A stretch of 6,270 nucleotides of DNA, the filler included, from Candidatus Nezhaarchaeota archaeon WYZ-LMO8 (GTDB taxonomy: Archaea > Thermoproteota > Methanomethylicia > Nezhaarchaeales > WYZ-LMO8): assembly GCA_004347965.1 (NCBI GenBank). It is 2 parts of 2 records of this genome, joined end to end, with 100 filler letters (N's around TTAATTAATTAA, not from the genome) between each part and the next. Parts side by side here need not be neighbours in the genome. Positions count along the whole stretch, not along the records: positions 3,237 to 6,270 come from QNVF01000078.1; 1 more part is not named here. The stretch is one strand, 5' to 3'. Below the pieces are notes generated by a model. That model was not told the DNA's origin. It saw only the letters and a list, made by a program, of their open reading frames with translations, and ran no database searches. Shown one piece after another: positions 5,044 through 6,270 of the stretch. Position numbers and translations under genes: made by a program. The stretch's first letter is position 1; the number at the start of each line of letters is the position of its first letter.

Positions 5044-6270
5044 ATGTCTTCTAGCAACCAGCGTAGACGCATAGTAATCAGTATAACCCCCGACTTAGCC
5101 TTAGATGTTGGTAACACGTACGCTGGAGGCTTAGGAGTACTTGAAGGAGATAAGTTCTATGCTGCTTCTAAGCTTGGACTAAACTATCTCGTTCTCTCCT
5201 TGTTTTATAAGAATGGCTACGTAGACTACAAGTTCGATGAACAAGATAATCCAATAGCCCTACCTCAGCCCCAACCTAAGGAGTTCACTGATGTGTTAAA
5301 GGTCTCTGATGAAATGGTGATTAAGCTTCGAGGAGATAACGTGAAGGTCAAGGCTTTAGAGTACTCTAATGGGGTAGCTAAAGCTATCTTCTTTAGTGCT
5401 GAAGAGCCTGAGTGGGCTCAAAAGCTTGTAGAGAGATTGTACATAGAGAACACTCATGAAGAACGTTTTTACAAGTACGTGCTGCTCGCCAAAGCCTCTG
5501 AGGCCTACATACGCCGTAACATACCCCTCGATAACATAGAGTACATAGACCTCCAAGAAGCTTATGCTGCATTATTGCCGCTATTTTTACGAATACCTGG
5601 TAAGTATAGGTTGGTGATACACACAGCTGGTCCTTGGGGTCACCCAACCTTTCCTCGAGACTTCTTTAAGCGAGAATACGGGTTCACATTCGTTGACCAC
5701 GACATCGTCTTGACTGAGATAGGTCTAGCTTCCTCGAAGCAGGCCTTTGCTGTCTCGGCCAAGCACTTTGACGTATTATTAAAAGTGTTTCCCCACCATA
5801 GTGAGAAGCTTACATACATTACTAATGGCGTGCATATAGAAAAGTGGATGGACGAGGAATTGTTGAGAAGTTACGAGAATCACGTGCTCACACTCGATAG
5901 ATTCATAGACACTAGACTTAGGCTCAAGAATAGGCTTATCGAGTTTCTAAGGAGATACAAGGACATAAATTATGAGAATAAGTTCATAGTAACATGGCCT
6001 AGGAGGATAGTAGCATACAAGAGACCAGACTTCCCGATAAGGTTGATAACGGAGTTGAAAGACTTGCCCATAGTGCTCGTATTGAGTGGTAAAGCCCATC
6101 CACAAGACGTTAAGGGGTTGGAGTACATGAAGTTATTTAGGAGGTTGCATAGAGAAATGGAGAACGTTGTCTATATACCTAACTACTCGAGAGCCATAGC
6201 AAAGATACTATTGAGTGGAGCTGACTTACTACTCTTCACACCCTTCTCTGGGTGGGAGGCCTGCGGAACA
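5044..6270 (+). CDS. glgP: Glycogen/starch/alpha-glucan (maltodextrin) phosphorylase, short archaeal type; 3' end beyond the window
   Basis: Stop-free frame of 409 codons from ATG 5044 (AAGGAG at 5028-5033). Motifs YAGGLGVLEGD, HTAGPWGH, AVSAKH, ITNGVH, RRIVAYKR, SGKAHPQD, and the start of the PLP-binding motif WEACGT at the window end. Confidence 0.95.
   Translation, partial: MSSSNQRRRIVISITPDLALDVGNTYAGGLGVLEGDKFYAASKLGLNYLVLSLFYKNGYVDYKFDEQDNPIALPQPQPKEFTDVLKVSDEMVIKLRGDNVKVKALEYSNGVAKAIFFSAEEPEWAQKLVERLYIENTHEERFYKYVLLAKASEAYIRRNIPLDNIEYIDLQEAYAALLPLFLRIPGKYRLVIHTAGPWGHPTFPRDFFKREYGFTFVDHDIVLTEIGLASSKQAFAVSAKHFDVLLKVFPHHSEKLTYITNGVHIEKWMDEELLRSYENHVLTLDRFIDTRLRLKNRLIEFLRRYKDINYENKFIVTWPRRIVAYKRPDFPIRLITELKDLPIVLVLSGKAHPQDVKGLEYMKLFRRLHREMENVVYIPNYSRAIAKILLSGADLLLFTPFSGWEACGT

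Noticed and set aside
559..5580. 12-bp match GCATTATTGCCG at 559-570 and 5569-5580
   Set aside because: Lies inside two unrelated coding genes of opposite orientation; a single short match compatible with chance.
5356..5647. Minus-strand ORFs 5356-5556 and 5393-5647
   Set aside because: Antisense to the well-supported phosphorylase gene.
1364..6270. Functional link between the TnpB element and the glucan-metabolism genes
   Set aside because: They are separated by an assembly linker, and I noticed no guide match to those genes by eye; proximity is best explained by insertion.

Overview
Archaeal-type DNA (TATA/BRE promoters, GGTGA-type ribosome-binding sites; Thermoproteota-like by inference), split by an artificial 100-nt linker at 3137-3236, so the two halves may not be truly adjacent. 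The left half has a MATE efflux transporter gene (minus, runs off the left edge). Just upstream is a compact ~1.48-kb element (about 1364-2843) with three parts: a TnpB with all three RuvC acidic residues, a structured omegaRNA-like region overlapping the tnpB 3' end, and a divergent 47-aa AbrB/DUF2080-like ORF missed by the ORF track. No transposase gene is present. The element is bounded by imperfect 38-bp inverted repeats (27/38 identical), which is unusual for IS200/IS605-type TnpB elements and is the most interesting signal here. The right half has a small hypothetical gene broken by the linker, a GH57 glycoside hydrolase (minus) and a divergent short-type alpha-glucan phosphorylase (plus, runs off the right edge). 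The phosphorylase shows an abrupt switch in arginine codon usage that suggests a mosaic gene.
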